IMG/VR virus record: IMGVR_UViG_3300045988_079613
Source: a virus
Length of the DNA stretch: 64,000 nt
Direction: 5' to 3' (one strand)
In this document: one piece after another, positions 36,564-46,900 of the stretch
Position numbering within the stretch: position 1 is the first letter of the stretch
How the letters are laid out: each line of letters begins with the position of its first letter
Program-made: the position numbers and the translations under genes
The notes under the pieces: generated by a model
What the model was told of the DNA's origin: nothing
The model's database searches: none
What the model saw: only the letters and a program-made list of their open reading frames with translations

Positions 36564-37571
36564 TTATTCTTTAATATATTCTAATAGCTCTTTATATTTA
36601 GACATTTTATTTAATAAGTTACGTCCATTACAGTATTTAATCCAACCTATATAGCTACATATTTTTTGCTTATACGTATCTTTATCTAGGTTCTATTTTT
36701 TATTTAACTTGTTTATCTTTTTGCAGAATCTCTTTTTTATACGCTTTCTTAATAACGTATGAGTATGAAATACTCTATATCCTACAAAATCTATACCTCT
36801 CGAATCTACCTTAAATATCTACCAATTATCTTTAAAGTTTAACTTTAATTTATTATTAAGATAATCCTGTATGTTATAGAATAAATCTCGTAACTACTAC
36901 TTATCTCCACCTAATATTACAATATCATCTGCATATCTAAAGTAGTATCTAACTTTCTTTTGTTCTTTAATCCAGTGATCTAAATAAGTAAGATATAAAT
37001 TAGCAAAGAACTAGGATAAGTAATTACCAATAGGTACTCCCTAAGCTGATTCTATTATTTCATCTAACAGACTTAATAGTCTTTTGTCTTTTATTTTTTT
37101 CCTTATTATTGTTTTTAATATATCATGATCTATAGAAGAATAGAACTTTCTGATATCTAACTTTAAACAGTATTGCGTATTTATTTCATCCTTTAAAGCA
37201 AATTTAACATCTTTCAAAGCTTTGTGTATACCGCGCTTTCTAATGCAACTATAAGTTCCTTTTATAAATGCAGATACCCATATAGGCTCCATTATATTCA
37301 TAATTGCGTGATGTACAATTCTATCAGGATAGTATGGTAGCTTAAATATTTCTCTTTCTTTTGGTTCATATATTTTGAAAACATAATATTCGGAAGTTTC
37401 GTATTCCCCATTTATTAGTTTTCTTTGTAGATCTAGAAGTAACTTGTCTTTGTTCTTATCAAATAACATTACTTCAGGTCTATGTGATTTCTATCTTCTA
37501 GCTTTTTTATCAGCCTCATATAAGTTATCTAAACTTACTATTTTATCAAATAAATTATTGTATCTTTTCAT
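36564..37571 (-). CDS. Diversity-generating retroelement reverse transcriptase, 335 aa
   Basis: Track ORF 37041..37469 extended through 7 TAG (37491, 37041, 37011, 36897, 36894, 36819, 36693). Motifs PYYPDRIVHHA, GVPIGNYLS[TAG]FFANLYL, YADD (36924-35) and GIDFVGY. ATG at 37569-37571, TAA at 36564-36566. Confidence 0.85.
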
Positions 37572-37700
37572 CTGAAATCCTATTTCGAGTTTTCACAAAG
37601 TTACTAACACGAAGATTTTAATTAGTCATTTTTTACCTAGTGGTAAAGTCTCCTCTAACAGTTTTTTCATCTTATTATTCAGATGTGTTTTGTTAAGGTT

Positions 37701-37796
37701 TCAGTGTACTGACATTGGCATTAGCATTGCTAAGTGTATTGTTAGAATTCAAATTGAGCAAACTGGAATTCGTACTATTACTAGTGTTACTGCTTA
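37701..37796 (-). repeat. DGR template repeat (TR)
   Basis: 96 nt, aligned gap-free to 37845-37940 with 71 identities. 23 of the 25 mismatches are at TR positions that are A on the coding (minus) strand. The TR frame is rich in AAC and AAT codons. Confidence 0.85.
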
Positions 37797-37827
37797 ATGA
37801 CAGAGGACAACTTTATCTATATTTAAA

Positions 37828-39069
37828 TTACGGTATATAGATCAACCGAGTACCGACATAGGCACTAGCATTGCCAAGCGTATCGCGAGAACCCAAACCG
37901 AGCCAACCGGAATACGCACTATAACTAGCGCCACCGCCTACAATTAAGGTTCTATTTGAAGTGCTATTATTGGTATAATTATAATCACACCAGTATGTAG
38001 TAGCACTTCCTCCATATGCCTCATCAATTGGTGGAAACAAATCAAATGATTCATTATAAATGAGTCTCTTCTTATAACCATCAGTAGTTACAGTACTACA
38101 TTGTAAGTTATAATCTGAAATGTTAGTCGAACCAAATTTACTTACATCGGTAGTAACATAAACGTCATTTTTCGTAGAAGTTGCATTATAATGTATAAGT
38201 GTGTCTATACAATTTTTCCATACGTGACCGAATGGATTCTCTATTCCTCTGTAAGTAGGAACACTGTAAGTCTTCTGAGTAACAACTCCCTCTGCATCAC
38301 TGCTATCAACAGTAACTGAAGTAATTCCTGTAGAATTACCGTGTTCATCAGTACTACCACAGGGTATGAAATTATATTTAGCTACTCCGTTCACTTGTAT
38401 ACTACCAGTAGTAACACCATCTCCTAGACCTCCCTGATGATAACCTTCTGCAGTTAATTCAGCATTAAATGCTTTTTGAGAATTAGTACAAGCATATTCT
38501 ACTAAATATAGTATAGTAAGTACCTTGTGTGCATTATAAGTATATATATTCCAATTAGTACTACCGGCCTTATTAGCCCTAGCTCTTTGTTGCATTGTGG
38601 TTCTTGCAATATTAACTGAAGGAGTAATATTATCACCTTTAATAGACTTATATACATCTTCAACATTAGATGCTTCGTATGCTGAAATATAGAACTTCTC
38701 TACATGCTCTACTCCAGGTATCATGGGATCTGCAGGATACAAATTTAGATATACGGTATTGTCATCCTTCATACACTTATACCAAAACTCAGGTATTTCT
38801 ACCATAGTATTTAAAGTCATATCTCTATCAGAACCATCTTCATATTTAGTTCTATCGTCTGCTTTAAGATATTTAACCACACCATCAGCAGTAAGTGTAC
38901 ATGATTTCATTTTAGATTGAATCGGTAATTCTTTATGCCAAGGCATATAACCAATTCTAGTCAAAGTAGTACTTTGAGGTTCTATAGGGAAACTAACCCC
39001 ATAATAATTAGTAAATACGTTAGCGTTTCCTAAACGGACAGCTACAATATTTTTATCTCCAAGTTCCAT
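37828..39069 (-). CDS. DGR target: receptor-binding tail fibre tip protein with a C-terminal variable (C-type-lectin-fold-like) region, TAG-free
   Basis: 413 aa, uninterrupted. The VR covers the last ~35 codons. The C-terminal pattern GGG..S.W....S......N...VG.RL matches Mtd/CLec-type DGR variable proteins. Confidence 0.8.
   Translation of the reverse strand: MELGDKNIVAVRLGNANVFTNYYGVSFPIEPQSTTLTRIGYMPWHKELPIQSKMKSCTLTADGVVKYLKADDRTKYEDGSDRDMTLNTMVEIPEFWYKCMKDDNTVYLNLYPADPMIPGVEHVEKFYISAYEASNVEDVYKSIKGDNITPSVNIARTTMQQRARANKAGSTNWNIYTYNAHKVLTILYLVEYACTNSQKAFNAELTAEGYHQGGLGDGVTTGSIQVNGVAKYNFIPCGSTDEHGNSTGITSVTVDSSDAEGVVTQKTYSVPTYRGIENPFGHVWKNCIDTLIHYNATSTKNDVYVTTDVSKFGSTNISDYNLQCSTVTTDGYKKRLIYNESFDLFPPIDEAYGGSATTYWCDYNYTNNSTSNRTLIVGGGASYSAYSGWLGLGSRDTLGNASAYVGTRLIYIP
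37845..37940 (-). repeat. DGR variable repeat (VR) at the 3' end of the target gene
   Basis: Cognate of the TR, offset +144. Encodes GGGASYSAYSGWLGLGSRDTLGNASAYVGTRL. Confidence 0.85.
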
Positions 39070-39071
39070 AA

Positions 39072-39578
39072 TTATTCGTAAATTAAGTATAATGTTTTAG
39101 AATTTTTATTAGGTAATGCGTTATATTCTGCTTGAGTCATAGTAACTATGTTGTTAACAACCTCTGATGATATACAATTAGTTAAATCTACAGTTTCTGA
39201 TAATTTATCCCATTCTGCTGGATCAGCATTAATGCATACATAATTAGCTCCTGTATCATCCACGTTGTACACATCTCCGACTACAGATACCTCAGGTAAA
39301 GAATCAAAGTCTGCTACAGTACCTTTTACTCTATATACAGATGCTACCTTAGCGTCTACCTATTCCTTATTATAGGTATCAGACTTATCTGCTTTGTTAT
39401 CAATCTTCTCTTCTAGTTGTTCTATTACTTCTGTATCTCCACTGATAGGAGCCCAACCAGAATTCTTATAAACTTTAATTACAGCACCTGTTGGATCTTC
39501 TTTTAGATCAATCCAGTAATTTACTTCCTTAGGATCTGGAGCTGTAACACTGGCTTTAAAATTTATGTTTTCTTTCAT
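39072..39578 (-). CDS. Tail fibre N-terminal adaptor protein, 168 aa
   Basis: Track ORFs 39360..39578 and 39072..39272 are co-framed and joined by a TAG at 39360. The N-terminal motif PDPKEVNYWIDLKEDPTG..IKVY is shared with the fibre at 43557..44894. Its TAA is 2 nt before the DGR target ATG. Confidence 0.6.
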
Positions 39579-39587
39579 TGTTATATG

Positions 39588-40142
39588 TTATTTACTTAAG
39601 TTTATAATTAACTTATCTGGATATCCAACAGTATAGTCATAATTGTTAATTTGTTCTTTACTGTTTAGTTTTTTAATGTTGGCTATATGTTGTTGAGTAG
39701 TATTATAACATTCAGATGCGTATAACTCTATATTATCCATTATACTGTCAAATTGGTTTAATGGTATGATAGTCTTATTATTATTGTACCATACGGTTAT
39801 ATCTGCTTCTCCATTAGCTTTTTTGATATTGGCTAATTCTCTTATAGATAATCTCTCCGTTTTATTAAGCCAAATGGAAGCTCCGTCAATAATTACAGAA
39901 TTAACAATATCTGATTTATCATACCGCTCTATATTCTATATAGTTATCTTCTTTACTTCGTCTATAGTAGCTACGTAATCTACAGCTATAGGATACCCAT
40001 TCTCATCTTCAGATATTAATTTACCTTGAGATTGAGCAAATAATAATTCCTACCAATATTCTTCTGTTATTTCTACCCCTCCGTCTACCGGTTCACAATA
40101 AAACCCTTGTTTCCAATATATTCTATTACTTATATTCTTCAT
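39588..40142 (-). CDS. Tail-fibre chaperone/assembly-like protein (DUF4376-like), 184 aa
   Basis: Absent from the track because of 2 TAG. ATG at 40140-40142 in a TAATATG junction. The functional call rests on weak resemblance and its position after a fibre gene. Confidence 0.45.
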
Positions 40143-40143
40143 A

Positions 40144-43100
40144 TTATCTTTTCCATTTACCTATTGCTATATAACTTACTGGTTGTGTAGTATATGCTGC
40201 CGAAGTACTCATATCAGCTTCTGTCGCTCTATATGTGAAACCAGCCGCGTAAACCTATGTAACTACTGCACTATACATATTACGATAAGTATTATTATTG
40301 GTTTTGAATGAGACCATTACAGTCCATGGAACAGCGTAAAAACCAATAGGAAACGTTACAGTTCTTAACTCTGTAGAAGCACTAGGTGTATGTGTACCCC
40401 AGCATATCTATAGTCCGTTTATAAATCTCTAATATCCATCAGTATTAAATCTACTGCTTTCGTTCCAATTTTTCATACTAACAACAGCCTGATCGTTAGT
40501 AGTAAATGTGCCACTATCGTAGTCTTCAACATTAAATACTTCAGATATACAATTTCCTTGATCGTCTATAATGGAAGCATATACTGCAACCCCATTAGAC
40601 AAACCTCCGCTGTCTAAATCAGAGTTTGCTATAACCATTGGAAATGTACCGTAGTCACCTTGAGGGTTACCATAATATAAGAATTGATACTCGTTTAAAT
40701 CTACATCATTATTTATTTTTTTTAGTATAGCAACATCTGCACTATTGAGAGTGACATAAGTACTTCTATCTGTCTTAAATAAATCATTAGTAGTAAATAT
40801 TGCTACTTTACTATTAGCAGGTTCACCTTGAGGTCCTTGTGGTCCAACATCACCTTTATCTCCTTTATCACCTTTGTCCCCCTTCGGCCCAGTAGGACCA
40901 GTGTCTCCTTTGTTTCCTTTCGGACCCTATTTTCCTTGCAATCCTGTATGACCTTGAGGTATACCAAATCTGAATGTTCTGGCACTAGCTGTACCACCCA
41001 TTGTTACTGTTGCTTCTGAAGTATAAGGTAGAGTAACAGCAGATACCTCTGTAATAGTTGCTGCAGTACCGGTATCACCTTTAGGTCCCTGAGCCCCTGT
41101 ATCACCCTTGGGTCCAGCTTCACCTCTAGAAGGTTTACCGGTATTAGTATCTCCTAAATACCAGTTACCATTGGAACCAATAGTTGGTGTTATACCGTTC
41201 TCACCTGGATCCCCTTTATCTCCCTTAGGCCCCGATGCAGATGCTGGTATGTTAATTGTTTTAGCTGCAGATCCATCCCAAGTTCCTGTTACAGCTCCAG
41301 TAAATGTCAATGCATATGGAGTTGGCAGTTTATCCGCTGTAGTAGCTATTTTCTTCCAAGTGTTCCATCCGGCATCATTTATCGCGTCTCTGAAAAATAG
41401 ATGATCTCTGTCCCCATGTGATAAAGCTAATTGCAACGTAAAATTGCCTGTATTGCCAGGTAATATAGAAGACGAACTAGCTATTTGTACTATTTCTCCA
41501 TATAGTCCACTAATTGGAATAGTACCTTCATTATCTGGAGCATATGCTCCAAAGAACGAACCAGTCACTTGATCTATATTATTAACATTTAGCAATCTAG
41601 TAAAATCAGTAACTGATTTAGTAGTTCCGTTACCAAGCAACATATGAGAACCATCTGAACCAGATACTACATAACCGGTTGCCCATAATCTAGATGAAGA
41701 GTCTCTCTATGCTACAGAATTAGCAACAGAAGATGAGGAGAATGTAGGTTTATTAGCTATATTACCCCAAGTTAAATCATTGTAATAGGCTAAAGCTTTC
41801 CATTCTGCATCTGCCAATGTTCTAGTAGTCCCATTGAAATCACTTCTAACATACATTCTTACTACCCTTATAGTACTCTATCTTAGATCTGGAATATAAA
41901 ACTAAGTGATACTAGTACCGCTAGTAAAACTTAAGAACTACCCATAATCATATGATCCGGTTCCTAAATCATCTGCATTAGTATATCCTATAGCTTCTAT
42001 GTAACACGTATCAGCGTAATTTTTACTTACTGGACCAACGCTCTTAGCATACTTATTAGAATCCTTACCATCAAGCAATTGAGCATTAAGATTAGTAACC
42101 AAATTAGTATTAGTCATAGTACCACCAGATAAACTAAGTTTACCAGATAATCCACTATTCAATTCTGTCTTAGTAGCTAACGCACTAGTATCGGGTATAG
42201 TAGGTTTATTAGTTAGATCATTATAGTTACCAGAGAATTCAATAATCTCAGACCATGCAGCATTTCTTCTACCATATTTTTTATTATCCTTTGGTGCTTC
42301 ACCTACTTCTCCAGCTCCTGCTGTAATTTCAATATTACCTGCTCCAACTAAAGATTCCCCATTAACCGTCTTTATGTTAGTACCACTTACCAGGGTGTTT
42401 TGTTTCTACGAATCTAGTGCGTATATTTGACCTACTAGGTTATTCTCTACCTCTGTAGCTCTAGCAGTTTCTGCTTCTATTGATCCTATCAACTGCTAAT
42501 TAGATTCTTCAAACTCTGATCTAACAGAATTAATAGCTGCAGCTACACCTGTTAATTTTACACCATTAGGGCCTACTGTCAAATATGAATCTGATGTAGA
42601 GTCTATAACTACATTAAATTTATTAGACGCAGCAAGTTGTAACCCATTTCCAGCAGTATATACATCTACTAAATCACCTATGTTAACCCTTACTATAGAA
42701 TCTCCATCTTCTGCTACAAAAGTGAATACTAAACTAGTAGTATCTGCATCATATACAACTCCTTTAAGAAATCTATCTTTAGGTATACTAATTTCTCCAG
42801 CATTAATAGAATCTACCATTAATGTGTAATGCAAACTATTCTACTAATCCTAGATCAATTCTACTGATGCTACTTTACTATTTTGGAGATTAGTTATTAA
42901 AGTGTCTTGTGCGTCATTACGATTCTTCTCAGTAGTAATTTTATTAGTATTAGCATTTTCTGCATTAGTAGCTCTGGTAATTTCATCAGTAATTCTTTGT
43001 CCTAAAGCATTATCTGCGGCTTTGTATGCAGTCTCAACTTCATCTATTCTATCAGAAAGACCACTATCACTACCAATTGATTCTTTCAATTCTGTAATAG

Positions 43101-43542
43101 ATTCTTTAACATAGCTATCTAAGGAATATACAGAACCAATTATTTGATTCTCTGCAGTTTGTGCTCTACTTATTTCTGTATTAATAGCATCAGTATTCTT
43201 TGACTCAGCAGCTTTAGCTCTATCTGATTCATCTTTAATAGCTTTAGTATTAGTTTCTTCAGCCTATTTAGCTCTAGCTATTTCATTATTTATTTTTTCA
43301 AGATTATCTGCTTCTGCCTGTTGAGCTCTTGCTGTTTCTGCAGACACACTATTCTATATGTCTCTTTCTGCTTGAGTAGCTCTAGCAATCTCTTCATCGA
43401 GTTCTGTTTTTAAGCTATTCGTACTCTGGTTAATATCAGATTGGTACTTCTATAAATCTTTATCCCAAGTTTGATCGGTATTGACTATCTTAGGATCTGT
43501 AGTATCATTAACCAGGGTACCATATATTTTAATGTTTGCCAT
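40144..43542 (-). CDS. Tail fibre with coiled-coil, SGNYNDLTNKPT motif and collagen-like G-X-Y tracts, 1132 aa
   Basis: Track ORFs 40429..40638, 40927..41643, 41938..42162, 42496..42834 and 42850..43089 are co-framed. About 16 in-frame TAG. E-x-x-RA-x-x-AE heptad-like repeats lie N-terminally. G-X-Y runs at 40822-40950 and 41070-41240. Confidence 0.7.
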
Positions 43543-43556
43543 AATATATTTTATTC

Positions 43557-44894
43557 TTATCCAATTGTAAAATCAAACGTTCCAGCATTAAGCTACCCAC
43601 TTGTACGATAACATTTATATGTACCCTTGCTATCTACAGTTACTGAAATAGGATTTTCCATGGGAACTCCAAATCCAGAAGATGTCACTTTAGATATATT
43701 AAAATTAGATGGTACGCATAACCATACGTAATCACCTTGATTTACATTCATAGAATATGTCCCATTTGGTGAACTCTTGATAGGCTACTTAGTAAAGCCC
43801 GTTATATCTGTAGAAGTTAAACTGGTTTTTGGAGAATGACCAAAAAACATAGGGTAGTATGTACGAACTGTTGCAGTAGCTGATTTTTGTACTTCATTAC
43901 TTATTATATCTACTCTATAGACAACACTATCGCTAGTAGTATCAAGATTATCTGTAATGCCATTAAGGTTATCTACTGGAGTATTATGTATAACTACAGA
44001 ATCTCTTTTAAGAGTTACACTCTATGGAATAAAAGGTTCATTGTTAAATAAGAATCTACCAGCCATTTTAATAGAAGTAGAAACTCCTTTTTCGATTATA
44101 GTGGGAGAAACTGAAAATCCTGAAATAACTGTAAATTGATTATACAGTACTTCCCACACTTCTTCGTGTCTACCACCTGCGATCTATCCATCTAGAACCT
44201 TAATATTATTTATTAAATCTTTAGAATTACTAAGATAATTAGTATCTGATAGATCTGGTAGATTTCCATCACTAGTAATACCTATAATTCTATTGGTATT
44301 TGATAATTGTGCTCTGGTTGCGTAAGTATTCTAAGCCTCTTCTTTAGTAAGATACGGGGACAAATCTATAGGGGCTTGATATTCTCCCATCAATTCCCAA
44401 TGATTATTCACATATATGTACTCTTTCCATATATTACCTTCCTCTCCGTCTTCATCTAATACCAAATATATTTTGGTAGGATCAATATCTTCAGTAGGTA
44501 ATTCAAGTACTACCTTATATAAAGTTAAGTCTACTATGCAAGATATTACATTATCAGATATATTGATACCAGCACCGGCTACTAACTTATCTTGTTTACC
44601 TTGTTTTAATGACTCTATATCTTGATCTACAATAGCTATTTGACCCTCAATAATCTTAATCTTCTCATCTACACGTTCTTCGTATGATTCTAATTGCTAT
44701 TGTACATATTTTTTAATCTTCTCTTCAAATTCTGGTAGTGTACCTTCTAATACTCGAAGAGTTTCCCAATACCCTTCCGCATTCCAAGATTTAATACTAC
44801 CTCCTAGAGGATCAGTAGCCAGATCTACCCAATACATTACTTCATCTGGATTAGGCTAAATATCTGTTGCTCTAAAGTTTACAAATCTTACCAT
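43557..44894 (-). CDS. Tail fibre protein, 445 aa
   Basis: Absent from the track because of 7 TAG. ATG at 44892-44894, TAA at 43557-43559. The N-terminal PNPDEVMYWVDLATDPLG..IKSW adaptor motif is followed by a coiled coil. Confidence 0.55.
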
Positions 44895-44968
44895 TTTTCT
44901 GTGCTTATTAACTATTTTTTAACTGTGTATAGTGCTGGCATTTCATCAAAGTTTCACTCTCATTTACA

Positions 44969-45025
44969 CTCTTGCGAGGAACAAGGTTACGCTTGTCTAT
45001 TTCCTCTTGAGGAACCTCTTGCAAG
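44969..45025 (-). promoter_or_regulatory. Repeat- and palindrome-rich element in a 190-nt intergenic spacer
   Basis: CTCTTGCGAGGAAC (44969-82), hairpin ACAAG-GTTACG-CTTGT (44982-97), CTCTTGAGGAAC (45004-15, inside the palindrome TTCCTCTTGAGGAA) and CTCTTGCAAG (45016-25). Function unknown. Confidence 0.3.
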
Positions 45026-45085
45026 TCAATTGTTGGGAATACAGTGTATTTCATATGCTTTACTATTGAATTACTATCAGACTAA

Positions 45086-46900
45086 TTATACTTGCTCCCA
45101 AGTAACACTCCCATCCTCGTTGAAGATAATTCTCTTACCTGCTATCTCAACTACTGTATGAGAAGATGAACCTATTATGATCTGATTACTATCGGATGCT
45201 TTAACATTGTACCCTATAACAATAGAATTTTCTATCACTGCCGGAGTGCTCTTAGAATGCAGTTTAGCTAAATGTCCTATACAGATATTATTCTTACCGT
45301 CGACATCATAATTGTTCATTGCATCCATTCCTATAGCAACATTTCCTTCACCTTCTATATACAATGCAGCATTAGCCCCGACAGCAACACATTTAGTGTT
45401 ATTACGCACACCAGCAGATGCCCCGACAGCAACACATTTTGATTTAGCAAAATGTGCAGAACCACCACTTAATGTTCTATGCCCTATAGCTACGTTATCG
45501 ACGAAATCATTGCTATTTGTCTGCCCTAACGCATTTGTCCCAATTGCGACATTGCGTTCTCCTTGCCCTCTAACCTCTCCCAATGCAGCCTTACCTATTG
45601 CTACATTATCCTCTCCTTTTGGTATATACCACGCCGCATCAGAACCTATTGCTATATTTCTATCTCCCTCAATTAGGCGCGTTAGGGGGAATGTTCCTAT
45701 ACCGATATTCCTTGCTCCATATTTTAAGGAGCTTAACGATCTCTGACCTATTGCAATGTTGCGGGATCCATTCTGGTTCTTTGCAAGGGCATCGGTTGCA
45801 CCTATTGCAATGTTCCACCAGCCTGTAATGTTATCTGTCATTGTGCCTCCTTCAACATTTTCGTAGTGCTTATTACTATCAGAATCAAGTTCTACCTCTA
45901 TTGATGCCTCATCCTCAGAAACAATTTTACGAAGTTCCACTCCATACACACTTCCATCATATGCTGATGATGCGGTAATTTTAAGACTACCACCGTCCGA
46001 TATCATACCAACATAGAATTTACCTAACGTTCCATTATAGATATCACATAATCCCCCCTCACCGATACTAACACAAACATCCTTTTCGTATGTGCCGACT
46101 TTAGAATAATTGAATATTGCTACATATTTTTCACCCTCAATAGTAGCATGATCAAAAATAAGAGTATCTGTATTGCCTATAGCATGCGTATAAACCCCTT
46201 CTGTGTATTGCCAGTTATCTCCATTGCCAACAATTGAACTGATAAGGTTATCGCCAAGATATAATTTTTTACTTACTTTTCTACGAATGCAAGTTTTAAT
46301 ATCTTCGGATTGAATATCTTCGTCAAGAGTCACAATCCCATCTGGTCCAACTCTGAGAAATTTCCCTGCGTTGTTTATTCCTTGCTGTTTATCAACCTTG
46401 CCATTTATTAATCCAGATTCTGATTTGTATTCAATATTGGTAGGTTCATAGCTTACTCCAGATGAATTAGCGCAATAGACATATAGGTAATTACAATCAG
46501 AAGGTAATACTATCTCAAATGGAAAGTAGTGAGTCTCAATGCTTGTATATCCGTCACAAGCATTAACAATTGAACCGGATACGAAATCGCAATCTTTTAC
46601 AGGCAACACGGAGGCTCCATGAGCCGTATCTATCGGTGTAATCATCAGATTTCTTCCCGCCACAACAGGGATAACCTTGTGCTTTGTCAATCCATAATTT
46701 CCATTAGTTCTGAAAACTAAATCACTACTTGTAATTAATCCACTCCGATAATCATACAAATTCAAGTCGATTGCTTGGGCTTCAATACCAGTAATTTTAT
46801 CTACCTTTGAAAATATTTCCTCAAAGTTCCCATCAATCGCAGCAGCTAAAGTACCCCATGATTTTTCAGAGTCTTTTGCTATATCAAATATCTTTTCCAT
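45086..46900 (-). CDS. Tail spike/fibre with YadA-head/Hep_Hag-like N-x-AIG repeats, TAG-free
   Basis: 604 aa, uninterrupted. At least ten repeats of the form (R/D)N(I/V)AIG..A. at 45300-45760. C-terminal IIFNEDGSVTWEQV. Visibly GC-richer than its neighbours. Confidence 0.75.
   Translation of the reverse strand: MEKIFDIAKDSEKSWGTLAAAIDGNFEEIFSKVDKITGIEAQAIDLNLYDYRSGLITSSDLVFRTNGNYGLTKHKVIPVVAGRNLMITPIDTAHGASVLPVKDCDFVSGSIVNACDGYTSIETHYFPFEIVLPSDCNYLYVYCANSSGVSYEPTNIEYKSESGLINGKVDKQQGINNAGKFLRVGPDGIVTLDEDIQSEDIKTCIRRKVSKKLYLGDNLISSIVGNGDNWQYTEGVYTHAIGNTDTLIFDHATIEGEKYVAIFNYSKVGTYEKDVCVSIGEGGLCDIYNGTLGKFYVGMISDGGSLKITASSAYDGSVYGVELRKIVSEDEASIEVELDSDSNKHYENVEGGTMTDNITGWWNIAIGATDALAKNQNGSRNIAIGQRSLSSLKYGARNIGIGTFPLTRLIEGDRNIAIGSDAAWYIPKGEDNVAIGKAALGEVRGQGERNVAIGTNALGQTNSNDFVDNVAIGHRTLSGGSAHFAKSKCVAVGASAGVRNNTKCVAVGANAALYIEGEGNVAIGMDAMNNYDVDGKNNICIGHLAKLHSKSTPAVIENSIVIGYNVKASDSNQIIIGSSSHTVVEIAGKRIIFNEDGSVTWEQV

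Noticed and set aside
40803-40997. Minus-strand ORF overlapping the fibre gene
   Set aside because: It is the off-frame reading of the collagen-like repeat. The G-X-Y frame is the real one.
44895-45085. Suppressor tRNA hidden in intergenic spacers (also checked 32589-32720, 36451-36563, 37572-37827, 55958-56054 and 59192-59272)
   Set aside because: I found no cloverleaf with a T-arm/GTTC-type loop and acceptor pairing. The hairpins present are better explained as terminators, the DGR spacer or regulatory repeats. A tRNAscan-SE run is still advisable.
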